From assembly GCA_000092065.1 (NCBI GenBank), contig CP000584.1: a DNA stretch of 64,000 bases. One strand, 5' to 3'. Made by a program: the position numbers and the translations under genes. Source of the stretch: Ostreococcus lucimarinus (taxonomy: Eukaryota). Numbering within the stretch: the stretch's first letter is position 1; each line of letters starts with the position of its first letter. The notes under the pieces were generated by a model that made no database searches, was not told the DNA's origin, and saw nothing but the letters and a program-made list of their open reading frames with translations. Below are positions 21,501 through 31,677 of this stretch, piece by piece.

Positions 21501-24500
21501 AATCTCGTTCGACTCGCATCTGAGGTTGGTAGACTTCTGCTTTCAGATTGCGCGAGCGTCGAGGAGTGCGCGCATTTGGACGGCCGTGATTTGATTTCTG
21601 AACAAAAGGTGGCAGCCGCCGCAGCGATCGAGGCCAAAGAGTCTAGGAAAGTCAAAGAGCTGCGCTCAAAAGTGAGTGAAAACTTTCTTTCCGAACGTAC
21701 GCGGCACGAGCAAAGGCAAGCGCAAGCCGAGACGGCACTGTTAGAGACTCATAAGTCTAAATTGGGTCCGGTAAGCGAGCGCGAGCGCGCACGTCGCGCG
21801 ATGCAGCGTCTGACGTTTGAAGAACGTTGCGATGTGCTCGCTCGTCGGTGGTCCGCGATGTTGCGCGACTTACAAGGTGAGCGAGGCGCGTGGGCGGCTG
21901 AAAACTGTGATGCAAAGGCGCACTGGAAACTCGACAAGTCTGAGGACTCATCGATGAGACGATCTCGTTTGAAGCGCGATTATAAGTTTGTGCAGTACGA
22001 AGACAATCAAAAAGGTGGCGAATCAACATTACAAAGCGATGTACAAGATATCCAAGCGGTTCGCCTCGTCGGCATGGGTCAAAAATGGAAGATGAATTCG
22101 GATAGCGACTACGTTGATGTCGATGATGTCGCAGACGAACTCGCAGAAAAACTCGCTGTGGACAAGGAGAACGCGATGCACAATAGGAGTAAAGTCGTGT
22201 TCAGCACGCCGGCATCACTCGTGACGCTCACGAGAACTGTACTGGGTAAGCTCAATGTCAGTCGTGATGCCGTTGTATTTGCCGCCGATCGTACGCATGA
22301 GAGTGCGAAAGATCATCGAAAACGTTTCTGGCGATGGAGCTTGAGTGAAATTGTCGAGGTACATCACATGCGATATCGCCTTCAGCACAAGGCTTTCGAG
22401 ATGCATTGCGCGGATCACACCAGTGCCTTTTTTGCGTTCGATACCAAGAAAACGGCGCGATACGCAGCTACGCGCGTGGCATCATCGGCGGGGGCGACTT
22501 TGATGAACAGACGTGCGAAAACTGAAGCAGCCGAACGCGCGAAGGAGCTCTGGCGCAGACAAAAACTGAGCACTTTCGATTATCTTATGGCCTTGAACGT
22601 CTTCGCCGGGCGAACGTTGCACGACTTGAGTCAATATCCCGTTTTCCCTTGGGTGTTGAAAGAATACGAAGCTGAAACAATAGATCTGGCCGACCCTTCG
22701 GTGTATCGAGATCTGAGAAAACCCGTTGGCGCGCTCAACGAAGAGCGTCTCAAGAACTTCGTTGAGAGATACAAGTCGCTGTTGGACGACCCTGACACGC
22801 CGCCTTTCCATTACGGCAGTCATTACTCATCGTCCCCGATCGTACTTTTCTTCTTGTTACGCCTGGAACCTTACACGAAACTCGCTCGAGCATTACAGGG
22901 CGACAGATTTGATCGAGCAGATCGCTTATTCCATTCGGTCGCGGAAACGTTCAAAGCTTGCGTAGAATCATCCGCTGATGTCAAGGAACTTATTCCAGAA
23001 TTTTACTACTCGTCCGAGTTCTTGACGAATACAAATGGACTAAAACTTGGGGTGCGACAGGACGGATCGACTATTGATGATGTAGTTCTCCCGCCTTGGG
23101 CCAAGGGTTCGAGGCACGAATTCACTCGAGTGATGCGGGAATCGCTAGAATCGGACTACGTAAGCGAAAATCTGCACCACTGGGTTGATTTGATTTTCGG
23201 GCACGCACAGCGAGGGGCCGCCGCGGTCGAGCGATGCAACGTGTTTTATTATCTCACATACGAAGGCGCCGTGGATATCGACACATTAGAAGATGATGAT
23301 CAACGGAACGCGATCGAGACACAAATCATCAACTTCGGTCAGACTCCCGCGCAAATTTTCAGGCGCGCGCACCCAGTTCGTCTGCCGCCCCAAGCGACAG
23401 AACACGTGGTTTCAATCTCTCCCGAATCGCTCAAACTCGCGACAGTTGTCTCATCCGAGTCTAACGGCCTACCGATGCGGGCGCAAGCGGTGGTGCACGC
23501 CACCGCGTACGATTCGCGTATTGCCGTGGTCACCGCTGGACGAATGGTTTCCATTCAGCGCTTACAACGTCCTGGAACGACATTCGGGCTGGGTGGCGTC
23601 GATCACTCAACCGCGTACGCGCTCGAACCAGAGACGACATCCCGGCTCATGCTCGAAATTGACGTCGACGCCGATTCGCTTGCGCATTCGCAATCCGTCA
23701 ATGTCGCTCTGAAAGGCAAAGTCTTGCTGAGTGTTGGCCATTGGGACAGAAGCATGCGTATTTTCGACATTGAGGAGGGGCGCGAGATGCAGCGTATCAG
23801 TGCACATCGAGATGTGACGACGTGTCTCGCGTTGTGCGAACTCGGGAGCTCGAGGAGCTGGGACGAGGCTTCGCACCAAATGGACCAAGTCATCGTGGTT
23901 ACGGGAAGTCGCGACACCACGCTCGCGATCTGGGAGATGGTGCTCCCTCAAGGAGGCTGGGGCTTTAGTAAAGGCACCAAAGTCCTGAGCGCCGAACCAA
24001 AAATGATCTGTTTCGGTCATGACGAAGCCATCACGTGCGTTGCTGTGAATTCATCGCTCAACTTGGTAGCGAGTGGCAGCATTGATGGCACCCTCATCCT
24101 GCACGACAGCCGGGATGGGCACATCGTTCGTGCATTGGAAAGCACCCCACCTGGGTGCATCCCATCGTCCATCGAATTGCTTCCAAAATCATCTCTCGTC
24201 GTGTGCGCGTGCGGCGTCGCCGGCGCGCTGTCCGTGCATGATGTCAACGGTGCCACACTCGCCAAATCGCTCAGTCGGCACGAAGCCTTTGACGCATTTT
24301 GCGTCACCCGCGACGAGCGACATATTCTCATCGGCAATCGTCGCGGAGACATCACTGTCCGCGCCGTGCATGATTTATCGATTCGTGCGCAAATCAACGT
24401 CGCCAACGCGGGCGTCGTCTCCATTTCACCCGTCGCGCGCGACGAGTGCCTCGTCGTCGGTCTTGCCGACGGTCGTGTGTGCCTCTGGGCGCCCGCGGCG

Positions 24501-24512
24501 CGTAGCCTTTAA
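15588..24512 (+). CDS. BEACH-domain and WD40 protein (LYST/neurobeachin family), 2974 aa single exon
   Basis: BEACH signature 'STFDYLMALNVFAGRTLHDLSQYPVFPWVL...FHYGSHYSS...LIPEFYYSSEFL...HHWVDLIFGHAQRG'. Preceding PH-like region and C-terminal WD repeats. ATG at 15588, TAA at 24510-24512. Confidence 0.9.
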   Translation: MNFIRRFANSSNPTLDARDATPPSTSAPDAAGARVELRSAETIDVPRVMNSMFDEGRDGDLVFSWQLMSGTANAGESSRREATNAFFDAFSETYARWEPARARGADEGDDSDVGCAVAHPRAVTLAAVEDAAGLGERLERALTGTVDVGGIEQRMASIGVETFRALEIMSRSAHNRVFMEQCGASRALANACKTCAQRMLTFSAGAASASKENSIEAGALLEALQHVVEHAVNVIDSFLGDAWALRSFNENGALLALIEVLRAEKVVVGRVHGDVRKMAISIERMAMRAIGRVMHGDAAVQKSIAGAGGLDIFFEGVYPIEADVSVDIAGFETSLMNLEISHTLLAGNKSNVERAQGIGLFTRVARLMRAANDLSETLVSDEASTSTTEGEVAGVPWSAQLLDDSLRCHEVIITDGYPSEVIKRLLKFVHQDTSAAGGWASKGAREMILKCLFDSIIEACSSSKESFKSDSECVRFRAHVLRFFSDAIDIDPAVLRVMRQARAWDMLLDADTYGAIPSVDHKNEYESVSESTTSILRRRVQIQTAALLLKACQIAAELSDCVDECNVLIGTITTRAIQPSVAIRLCRVLELLLIDSSHSVCKALSEVEAPGRLAGALNAQLKCWGCDQVAFIGEVGATANSAAFGSTLSALRACLNGPDVLAASALNNDGVSDLIFNELLWTNTTRDLAISAVVSLVGLRLHAPSPHASGAHREAWSSVARRFIQALPRARGTDITLLSAMLSGLRQMLNNPNGSGDSLREWISSEDGAEFVQIVALCDGDAGEEVGLDVIATLQAVISNSHSSASTFERSVGYDTLIDAIQCARGAGPVSKPLFDALMSFVIDDDYGTGGESSGIALRNAKALQMLLTLIGNLGASDELKDELLKAFKQMLSASVTSKATADAAGVLDFCLQWYVDANRRQAVLEVIALCSSFSMSTKHVRQIFRLLQGDSISADDQLQLLRVLQHSAKRVGPSTFFDFTGPGCGIHVNKQLTLPVRNGYTVSMWFRIERFPEYGGPVPLFSLLSGAGNGILGELHANKLTLGIRGSTGTVDTASIDITVRENEWTFLTIVHLPVRMSQPLVRVFLDAGMVGQAKLRYPIKSTEAISYCRIASVTFDVSLENAHVKVSPFFGQLGSTHIFDDALSQPAIAMIHALGADYVGRFKSTESQTERILQAISVNAVEARDTREYLADHRLISISAVTVAGRSAQSEVYDVNEYDLIGGAKVCVTNSVKDVVHCLGGVQVVLPIFSDILHAAETSKRRQIVCEGVHLLVALLDGSRLNQVTLTLCDGYALIANLLRENATTLLCPDLLPALDRLRRAGGIEHESASARIVVDLHLWSLADDATQKAHGEYLLSLATKHSDGLRFHLPTSDLIDALDFTPGASGTSRRRVLLDVLKQLVIDAPNQMIEETAETIVHVIEECADEDTVGDVLRWLVNCMQPGEEVQPTLYQAFTKLGGPLLALSPLSRSSRRVRSFALLWLANLMPPLEASSKSSGGASHISAAFGAAAGALTATLGGKFTATASQDFEVGFFTAVANALEKFPLDIAESRSALFELLLGGQALPAEKVAERLNREKNSSVRAAAGRLFAKVTGHGNDAQTKDKECISVGVPGIVNAGAAGVLLRLMNSSDNAEMRLSVLELLLQLVEGASVNAQAVLEQRGWQTWILPILKDHSDETQNDEKSMARRLITALLSHAVLKTDEGHQHVSNMLGVIDILIKRGVLADESDLAQELLSDLLECILPTRASSSEQDEWSEVQNVESPICRRNLSRLLHIFDSIISDTSATAAALGVPSASDAKSSVKKISWRFYDNLWNLLDAISPPGHPVDAPEETADAVKSTNMAQKLHRRAKSMIRDLPFSSNSESEFDSVEAVEALRKTCQRMGFRLTLLYVRASALEELQTALNTCIGLLPSFLAPVLVDKDGKAMDTAPLGNRAHLFIADLMRYVEFAKKSEDPDASTRSQLVVNLVRLASEVGRLLLSDCASVEECAHLDGRDLISEQKVAAAAAIEAKESRKVKELRSKVSENFLSERTRHEQRQAQAETALLETHKSKLGPVSERERARRAMQRLTFEERCDVLARRWSAMLRDLQGERGAWAAENCDAKAHWKLDKSEDSSMRRSRLKRDYKFVQYEDNQKGGESTLQSDVQDIQAVRLVGMGQKWKMNSDSDYVDVDDVADELAEKLAVDKENAMHNRSKVVFSTPASLVTLTRTVLGKLNVSRDAVVFAADRTHESAKDHRKRFWRWSLSEIVEVHHMRYRLQHKAFEMHCADHTSAFFAFDTKKTARYAATRVASSAGATLMNRRAKTEAAERAKELWRRQKLSTFDYLMALNVFAGRTLHDLSQYPVFPWVLKEYEAETIDLADPSVYRDLRKPVGALNEERLKNFVERYKSLLDDPDTPPFHYGSHYSSSPIVLFFLLRLEPYTKLARALQGDRFDRADRLFHSVAETFKACVESSADVKELIPEFYYSSEFLTNTNGLKLGVRQDGSTIDDVVLPPWAKGSRHEFTRVMRESLESDYVSENLHHWVDLIFGHAQRGAAAVERCNVFYYLTYEGAVDIDTLEDDDQRNAIETQIINFGQTPAQIFRRAHPVRLPPQATEHVVSISPESLKLATVVSSESNGLPMRAQAVVHATAYDSRIAVVTAGRMVSIQRLQRPGTTFGLGGVDHSTAYALEPETTSRLMLEIDVDADSLAHSQSVNVALKGKVLLSVGHWDRSMRIFDIEEGREMQRISAHRDVTTCLALCELGSSRSWDEASHQMDQVIVVTGSRDTTLAIWEMVLPQGGWGFSKGTKVLSAEPKMICFGHDEAITCVAVNSSLNLVASGSIDGTLILHDSRDGHIVRALESTPPGCIPSSIELLPKSSLVVCACGVAGALSVHDVNGATLAKSLSRHEAFDAFCVTRDERHILIGNRRGDITVRAVHDLSIRAQINVANAGVVSISPVARDECLVVGLADGRVCLWAPAARSL

Positions 24513-24518
24513 CTGCAT

Positions 24519-24523
24519 TGTAA
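24519..24523 (+). promoter_or_regulatory. TGTAA polyadenylation-type signal
   Basis: 'gcatTGTAAaata' lies 7 nt after the BEACH gene stop. Confidence 0.4.
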
Positions 24524-24616
24524 AATAACTAGCTCAATCCGTTGATCCATCGTCGTCCTCGCGCGACATCGCATCTCGCGCCAGCCGCGCCAGTGACTGG
24601 CCAGTTGCGGCGCAAG

Positions 24617-25336
24617 ATGAACGCAATCCGAATCGCACGTCACTTGCGGCCGCATCGAACGCGCAGCATGACGAAGGCGAAGAAAACCAAGCCCGCGCAC
24701 AAGTCGAACAAGAAGAAGAAGGTCGCCCCCGCGAACCGCGCGACGACGCGCGCGGCGCTGCAGAAAACGCCGACGAGGGGAAAGACGGTGCCGGCGAAGT
24801 TGACGGAGAAAAATATGACGCCCAAGGCGCTGAGGACGCCAAAGACGCCGAAGATGACGTCTGCGGGCGTGGCGAAGAAGCCTCGGTCGAGCACAAAGTC
24901 GGACGGGCGGCGAACGACGCCGAAGAAACCTAAAAATACGACGTCGTATATCATGAATCAGCGCAAGTACGGTGCGCAACCGCCGACGCCAAGACCGTTG
25001 AGTGGGATGAAGAGCCCGAGATTGGAAACGCTGGCGACGGCAACGATGAAACCGCCAGCAAGTGGATTAGATATGTTCGGAAGCATGCTCGGGGCGTTGT
25101 CGCCGGCGGCGTTAGAGAGGGTCGAGGTCGAAGGTGAGGAGTCGACGTCGGAAGTTATCAAACTGTGTTCGATTATTACCGAGCAAGCGAAGACGATTCA
25201 GCGATTGGAGTCGGAGGTTAATCACCTGCGGGCGCAGTTACAGGCTCGAGCGGTCGCGCCAGTCCCAACGTTGCGTCGTGTACCGTCAACGACATCTGAG
25301 TTGGCGTCGCGCATTGCCGGTTTGTTCAAGCGATGA
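24617..25336 (+). CDS. hypothetical Lys-rich basic protein with TP/SP motifs and C-terminal coiled coil
   Basis: First ATG at 24617; the ORF-track start is TTG. 'AKKTKPAHKSNKKKKVAP...TPKALRTPKTPKMTS' then heptad-like 'IQRLESEVNHLRAQLQAR'. Confidence 0.45.
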   Translation: MNAIRIARHLRPHRTRSMTKAKKTKPAHKSNKKKKVAPANRATTRAALQKTPTRGKTVPAKLTEKNMTPKALRTPKTPKMTSAGVAKKPRSSTKSDGRRTTPKKPKNTTSYIMNQRKYGAQPPTPRPLSGMKSPRLETLATATMKPPASGLDMFGSMLGALSPAALERVEVEGEESTSEVIKLCSIITEQAKTIQRLESEVNHLRAQLQARAVAPVPTLRRVPSTTSELASRIAGLFKR

Positions 25337-25401
25337 ACGTCGCTAATGATTTGTAATCTTCACATTGTACTACGTGCCGCAAGTCGGTTTCTTATCGGTG
25401 C

Positions 25402-27909
25402 CTAAACCGTCATATACTTTCGTAGAATCGCGCGCGCTAAGCCGTTTGCGTTCGAAGAACGATAGATGAGGGATAAGTTGTACGCCGCTTCGCGACGCAA
25501 ATCGTCCGCCTCGGAGCTCACCGGCATCTCCAGACAACGCTCATAAATCGGACGAGCGAGGTGCGGAAAGCCGAGATGTTGCAGGCCTCGGGCCAAGTTG
25601 TACATCCCTTCTTGTGGGCTTGTCGTGTTCAACTCCGCGGTACGTTCGAGCAGAACGACAGCTCGAAGCGCCAGTGCGTGACGCTGCTGCTCGTTTGAAT
25701 TTCTCGTTGCCATGTGCAAAAGAGAAATCGCCGCACATAAATTCACCTCGTGATCGTTCGGCGCGATCGTGAGAGCCGTGAGGAAATCGTGCATTGCTAT
25801 AGACCACTTTTTGTTCCACGTGTGAACGTACCCAGATGCCATCAAAGGTAGCAGACGTTCGCGTGAGGCATCGTCGAGGCTACTCGCGACGAGACGCTTG
25901 GCGAGCTTTGATGTTCCAACGCTGAGCGCTCGAGGATAATCGATAGCCATGTGCATCAGCATGTTCCAAACCGTTACCGAATTCGGGAATACCTCAAGAA
26001 CACTACGACAGCTTGCCGCAGACTCTTGCAAATCGCCCATCATGTACGCCACGAGCGACTTTAGGTATCGTAGCGAAGCCGTCTGCTCTCGCGTCAGCAC
26101 GCTCCCCGCGGAGAATGAAAGCGCATGATTCACGATGGTTCCCGCTTCTTCGTGTCGACCGAGCCGAATAGCGACCTCGGCACCGCTTATAATATTAGCA
26201 AACACATCATCATCTGATATCCGAACGTTATCGTCCACGAAATCATCGCTCCCCTGTCCCGCGCGTTGGAGCTTGCGTTGCGATCTTTTTTCGCTCAAGT
26301 CTTCCAAGAGCTTCAACGCAGCTGGAATGATGACAGTCAGTTCGGCTTCGCTCAAGAGCTTTCTTTGTAAAGCAGTCACGCGCAATAAAATGCCATATTT
26401 CTGTACCTCGACGTCATCTAAATTTGACACAAGTGACCTCGCCCGCCTCAACGATTCTTCGTCGTCTTGAAAACGCGAAAGCGAATCGGCTAGAGATACG
26501 GCGATGAATACGTCGCTCGGGTGCTTGTCATGGAGCATGTCGTAAAATTCGACTACCGCGCGCAAGCCCCTCGATTGCTGAACGCATCGCTCTACGCGCT
26601 GCCACATATCGACATTGTCGTACTCGTCGAGCGCGATTAAGTGCATGAACACCTCTTCCGCCTTCGACGCCAACCCAACCTCCATCAGAGTTTTTCCGCA
26701 GTCAAAGTACAAGTCATCAAACTCAGTCACCTTGTGCCGCAAGAGCTCTTCAATGCGCTCCATGCCTTCTTCCGTTTGTCCTTCGTAAAGCAAACATTGA
26801 CCTTGTTTTACGGAAATGTCCAAAGGCAGCTGTCCAGAGTCGACGTGCTCTAAAATATTCGCGCGCGAACGCTCGACAATTTCTAGTACCTCGGAATACT
26901 TGCGGAACTCAATCTTCAACTCAATCAAAATGTTCACCACTGTGGCGTCGATGTGCTGTGGATACGCTTTCAGCATGTGCTCTAGAGCATGCTCAGCCTT
27001 ATCTCGCATATCAGCACTATAATACAACTTGGCGAGCAAGACCACGGCGTCACGCAAAATAGCGCCGTCGAGCGGCGGCAAATCGTCCTTCAGCACCCAC
27101 TCAAGTTGCTCAATCGCCTTTTTCGCATCTCCAAGCTCCGAATACAACGTTGCTTGATCCATTTTATTCTCGTAATTGTGCGGGTCAGACCTCGCCGCCT
27201 TTGCTAAGCAATGTATGGCGTAATCTTTGTTGTTCACGTTTACCGCCAGCGACGCCATGCGATACCACATCGACGGGTCCACCCCACGCTTCACCGCCGT
27301 CGCCAAAGAGTAACTATCCAACGCCTTTTCTAAATCGTTCGTTTCCTCGTACACCAGCGCCAATTGCTCGTACGGTTCGCTCGAATGCGGGATTTTCACA
27401 ATCGCCGCGTGCAACTTACTCACCGCCTCGGCGTATTCGCCCCGCGCGTACAATATGGTCGCATCACTCATTAAATCGTTTGCCTCCATCGCTTGCTTCG
27501 ACCGCGCCGACTTCTTCTGTCGCCCCTTTCGCCGCCGTTTCCTACTCTCGTTCACGCCGCCCATGCGCAAAAACGCCGCCATGGTCGGGTTTCGTCGCGC
27601 CGTCGCCTCGTCGTCGTCGTCGTCACGCGCCGTACCTCCACCGCGTCCTCCCGACCCATCGCTCGTGCCCGCCAGCGTCGACCGCTCGTACGCGACGACT
27701 TTCTCCGCCAGTCTTCCCTCGCGCAGGAGCTCGAGTCCATCGAACGCTCGACCGTCGCGTTCGTTGTCGGAATCGGTTTCTTCGTCTTCGTTCGATTCTG
27801 ATTCGGATGCGTCGTCGCCGGCGCGCGCGTGGGGCTTGCCGTGCACTCGCAGACGCCTCGCGCACGAGGGCTCGTCTACATCGTCGATCGCGCGCCCGGG
27901 GAGGGACAT
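25402..27909 (-). CDS. TPR-repeat subunit of transcription factor IIIC (GTF3C3/Tfc4-like)
   Basis: First ATG ('MSLPGRAIDD') at ~27909. 'ILYARGEYAEAVSKLHAAIVKIPHSSEPYEQLALVYEETNDLEKAL' matches the GTF3C3 TPR array. Acidic N-terminus and KRRRKGRQKK basic patch as in Tfc4. Confidence 0.7.
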   Translation of the reverse strand: MSLPGRAIDDVDEPSCARRLRVHGKPHARAGDDASESESNEDEETDSDNERDGRAFDGLELLREGRLAEKVVAYERSTLAGTSDGSGGRGGGTARDDDDDEATARRNPTMAAFLRMGGVNESRKRRRKGRQKKSARSKQAMEANDLMSDATILYARGEYAEAVSKLHAAIVKIPHSSEPYEQLALVYEETNDLEKALDSYSLATAVKRGVDPSMWYRMASLAVNVNNKDYAIHCLAKAARSDPHNYENKMDQATLYSELGDAKKAIEQLEWVLKDDLPPLDGAILRDAVVLLAKLYYSADMRDKAEHALEHMLKAYPQHIDATVVNILIELKIEFRKYSEVLEIVERSRANILEHVDSGQLPLDISVKQGQCLLYEGQTEEGMERIEELLRHKVTEFDDLYFDCGKTLMEVGLASKAEEVFMHLIALDEYDNVDMWQRVERCVQQSRGLRAVVEFYDMLHDKHPSDVFIAVSLADSLSRFQDDEESLRRARSLVSNLDDVEVQKYGILLRVTALQRKLLSEAELTVIIPAALKLLEDLSEKRSQRKLQRAGQGSDDFVDDNVRISDDDVFANIISGAEVAIRLGRHEEAGTIVNHALSFSAGSVLTREQTASLRYLKSLVAYMMGDLQESAASCRSVLEVFPNSVTVWNMLMHMAIDYPRALSVGTSKLAKRLVASSLDDASRERLLPLMASGYVHTWNKKWSIAMHDFLTALTIAPNDHEVNLCAAISLLHMATRNSNEQQRHALALRAVVLLERTAELNTTSPQEGMYNLARGLQHLGFPHLARPIYERCLEMPVSSEADDLRREAAYNLSLIYRSSNANGLARAILRKYMTV

Positions 27910-28090
27910 CGCGCGCGCGCGTCGCACGATGGCGTGCGACGGTTGTCTGTGCGCCAACTGAACTCGCTCGCGTCTCGCGCCTCGTTCGACTTGACTACTT
28001 TTGCTTTTTGTGTTACACGTGGTATTTCTAATGTGTGTGTTTGAATGTCGTTTGAATGTCGTTAATCGTGTTGTTCTGATCGTCGCGCGC

Positions 28091-31000
28091 TCATCGCGCG
28101 GCGTTCAGGTAAAGTCTGTATTGCTCGCGTCGGCGCTCTTCAATTTGTTCTTGACCGCGACGACGGTACTCTTTGAGATCGCGGCACCTGGGCACGGGGC
28201 AGTCGTCCTCCATGCATCCCTTAGAATGAATTTGCAACAGCGTCCACGTTTTACGGCAGAGCTGGCACCCGCCTGCTGATTTGACCGTGCAGCTCAAGGC
28301 GTGCTTGAGCAAGTGTTTGATTTTCGGGCAGTTGCTGTTTTCGCATCGTTCTTTGCGGCATTTGCACGCGTGGAGCAAGAGTTCCATGGTTCGCTCGATC
28401 TGCGCCGCGCGGTTCTCGCGCTCGGCTTGAGACAACGCCGTGCGATCTCCGGCGGTACGACCTTGTCGCATGAGGGGGTGCTGGTGACCAGTTCTGATGC
28501 GGCAGTTGTCGCAAATATCGAAATCGGGGCACGTCTCGCAGCGCCAACCCTTTCCGGGCTCGAGCTCGCGTGAACAAACGTTGCATGATGCGACGAATGC
28601 AGGCTCAGATGGATTGTTCAAGTGATACAGCACCATCATGGTCGTATGTTTGGCGCGACGAAGCGAGTCGAACTGGAAGTGATTGCCTTGGCACAAGGAC
28701 AGGAACGCTTGACGTGTGTCAAAGAATTCGCTCTCGAGCTTTTCCTCCTCGTCCTTCTGTTCCTTCGTCAGCGTGGGAATTTCCTCACACTTTTCGCACT
28801 CGAGCTTGCGGCCAGCGTAACGTTTTTCGTTCTCTGGCATCGCATCTTCAGTCTCCTTGCATTCTTCGCAAAGCACCAAGGGTGTGCCTTCCGTCGCGTA
28901 ATAGCGGTTGGCACCGGCGATGGTTCTGCGGCAGCACAAACATTGGTGCGCAAGATGGGCGAGCATGAAGTCGTTTCTCATGTTGCTGATCGTCGTCCCG
29001 AGCTTCTTCATTAGTTCTTTATTCAGTTCAGCGTCAGCGGCGATCGTGCCACTCTTTGCCTTGGCCGCCTTGCGCGCGCTGATCTTAACCGTGGACGACT
29101 TTGTCTTCGCCTCGATGTTCTTTGCCTCCTCGAGTTCCTTCATGATGGTCGGTATCCAATCTTCCGCAATGCCGGAGAAGTAATCACCATCGAAATACGG
29201 ATACTCAGTGGCGCATCGAATATCGTGATTTTGATTGCCGAGTCGGAATTCATCGTACACGTTCGAAGTTGAAATGACGATGCCATCCTTCTGCGCCGAG
29301 CGCAACATCTTGAGGTACCACTCACGAAGCTTGTCAGCCTTTGGCGTCTTTTGCACCTTGGGGTGACAGTACAGAATGTAATCGTCTCCTTGGAACGGCG
29401 GACACGCCCAAATAAAGCACGACGTGAAGCCGCGCTGTTTGACATAGTCCAGGTACGCAATCAGAATGTTGTGATAGACGTACGTGCGCAACGCGCAGTT
29501 TTCGCCCGTGGCCACGGTGACGTTGTCCGGTCGGAAGTACTTGACAGAGTCCAAATACGAGAGGTAAATTCTTCGCCGGTTCGGTTCAGGGCACTCGTCA
29601 TCATACTCTTGCACATAAATAGCCATCAAACACACATCGGTGGCCTCAAGCTTTTGGAACAGGAGGATGACGCGCGAACGGTAAGTAAAGTGCGCCGGAA
29701 TGCCCTGTTCTTTGAAGTGGGCGTAGTAGTGCGGCTTGGTGTCCATTTGTTTGAGTGTTTGAGACACAACACGAATGGTCAAGTTCTCAGCGGTCGGGAC
29801 GTTTTCTATGGGTACGCCCAACTGCTTCGCGCGCTCCACGCGTTCCGCCGAGAGCTTCGACGCGAGGCGTTCTTCCAAAAACGTCGACATCTTTGTCTTC
29901 GGTAACGAGCTCGCCGGCTGTTGTGAAGACGGACGTTCAGCAGTAACTTGACGTTCGTTCTTATCCAACTGCGATAAGATGCAGTTTGGACACGTGAATG
30001 GCGCTTCACCGCCTTCATTGCGTCTACCGTTGAAAAGAACGCAGAGTTGGTGATACCAATCCTCGCAGTAGTCGCATTGCACCCATGGCTCCTCGAGATC
30101 GTCGTCGTTCTTCTTCTTGATGAGCGTCGCTTTCGGAAACCGTTGACCCTCGACATCGACATACCCTTGGATGGCGTTGAAGCACGGGTTACACCACGCA
30201 TCTCTTCGAGTCTCGCCCCCGAGGCTAGGCATCTGGTGGAATACTTGTCCGCGCTTGATGCGACCGACGCAACTGTAGCAGTAAAGCGGCGGTGGTTCGA
30301 ACGTCAATCGTTCAACGCCGCATGCACGGCACGAACTTTCTGTCGCGTTGATCACCGCCCGCTCAGCTTCCTTCTGAAGCTGACGAGCGCTCGGTTGACC
30401 TTGACCTTGCACCTTTTCCTTGTCGGCGAGACGCAAGGCGGCGAGATGCGTACGGATTTCTTCCGGAGTGAAGCACTCCATTAACGACGTCCCTTCGCCA
30501 CCTGGCTTGCGATCCGTTTTCAAACCGCTCGTACCCTTCACCATGAGTTGACCACGATCGAGATCGTGATCGAGCTTCATTCTCTTGTTGCCGTGCGCCA
30601 TTTGCATTTGCGCCTGTTGACGCTGCTTGAGCATGGCGTTGCGCACGGGACCGCACACCGGACACCCAGCGTCCTTGCACGTCTGATGATGCTTCAACAA
30701 CTCACGCGACGCCAAACATCGAGGATAGTTGCACTGCGTCAGCGTACACTTCAACACGTGCTCCCACAACTGCTTCGCGACGTGACAGTGCGGCGTGTAG
30801 GGGCAGTGCCCGTGTCGCGCCTGACACTTGCTCGCGTGTCGAAGGAAGAGAAGCCATCGTTGCTGTTTCACGATGTACGCCTTTCGTAACTGCTCGTCAT
30901 TGATGTCTCGCCAATTAGCAACGACACCACCCCCACCACTACCCGGTTGCTGGCGCCCGCGCATCGCCGCCTGTTGCTGTTGGGCCATCTGTTGCTGTTG

Positions 31001-31677
31001 CGCGAGCTGCTTCGCCTGCGCCGCCTGCTGCGCCTTGGTGAGCTTTTTACCCTTCGGCGGCGCCTTAGCTCGTCCCTTGGGCGCCGCCGCCGTCGCTGCC
31101 TCAGGCATCATCGAACCCACACCCTGCGTCGGAATCATCGTCCCAGGTGGCACGCCGGCCATCATTTGCGAAGATCCTCCCGCGTATTGCGATCCTTGCG
31201 CCGCCGCCGCGCCGCGCAAAATCGGCGCCCCATTCGGTAACATACCGTTACCCCCCATCATCTGTCCCGCCGCGGGTTGCGCCATATTCCCCCCTAATCC
31301 CCCTGGGAACAACGCTCCCATCTGCTGACGCGAAGCCGCCGCAGCGCTCCCGCCTCCTCTTCCGCCCTGTTGCGCGCCTTGACGAGAAATCATGATGCGC
31401 GCGACGGCTTGAAGTCGCGCCTCCAACGTCGCCTTGTCGCAATACTCATCCTACGATCGCAAAAACACCCCCACAATCCAACCGTCAGTCCTCGAACGTC
31501 ATCACCCGCGCGCGCGCGCGCCTCAACCGCCTCGTTCGTCGCGCGCGCCGATCGAAACCGCGCACCTTGCTCCGCGCTCCGCGATACACCGCCTCCTCCA
31601 ATCGCAGCACAAAGTCCGGTAGCTTGTGTTTCCACTCGTTCGTCAATTCCGGTTTCCTTTGTTTAAACACTCGCAAT
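28091..31677 (-). CDS. CBP/p300-type histone acetyltransferase (main exon 28091-31450; upstream KIX exon 31566-31677; further 5' exons likely)
   Basis: HAT/KAT11 core ('KKNDDDLEEPWVQCDYCEDWYHQLC', 'YLSYLDSVKYF'). ZZ and TAZ2 zinc fingers ('LLHACKCRKERCENSNCPKIKHLLKHALSC'). Upstream exon encodes the KIX helix '...NEWKHKLPDFVLRLEEAVYRGARSK', which splices (GTGCGCGG...GGACTGACGG...CGTAG) onto 'DEYCDKATLEARLQAV'. Confidence 0.85.
31451..31565 (-). other. spliceosomal intron (GT-AG, 115 nt) within KIX-coding region of the CBP gene
   Basis: Donor GTGCGCGG after codon AAG (31566-31568). Branch motif GAGGACTGACGG. Acceptor CGATCGTAG in phase 0 before GATGAG at 31450. Confidence 0.6.
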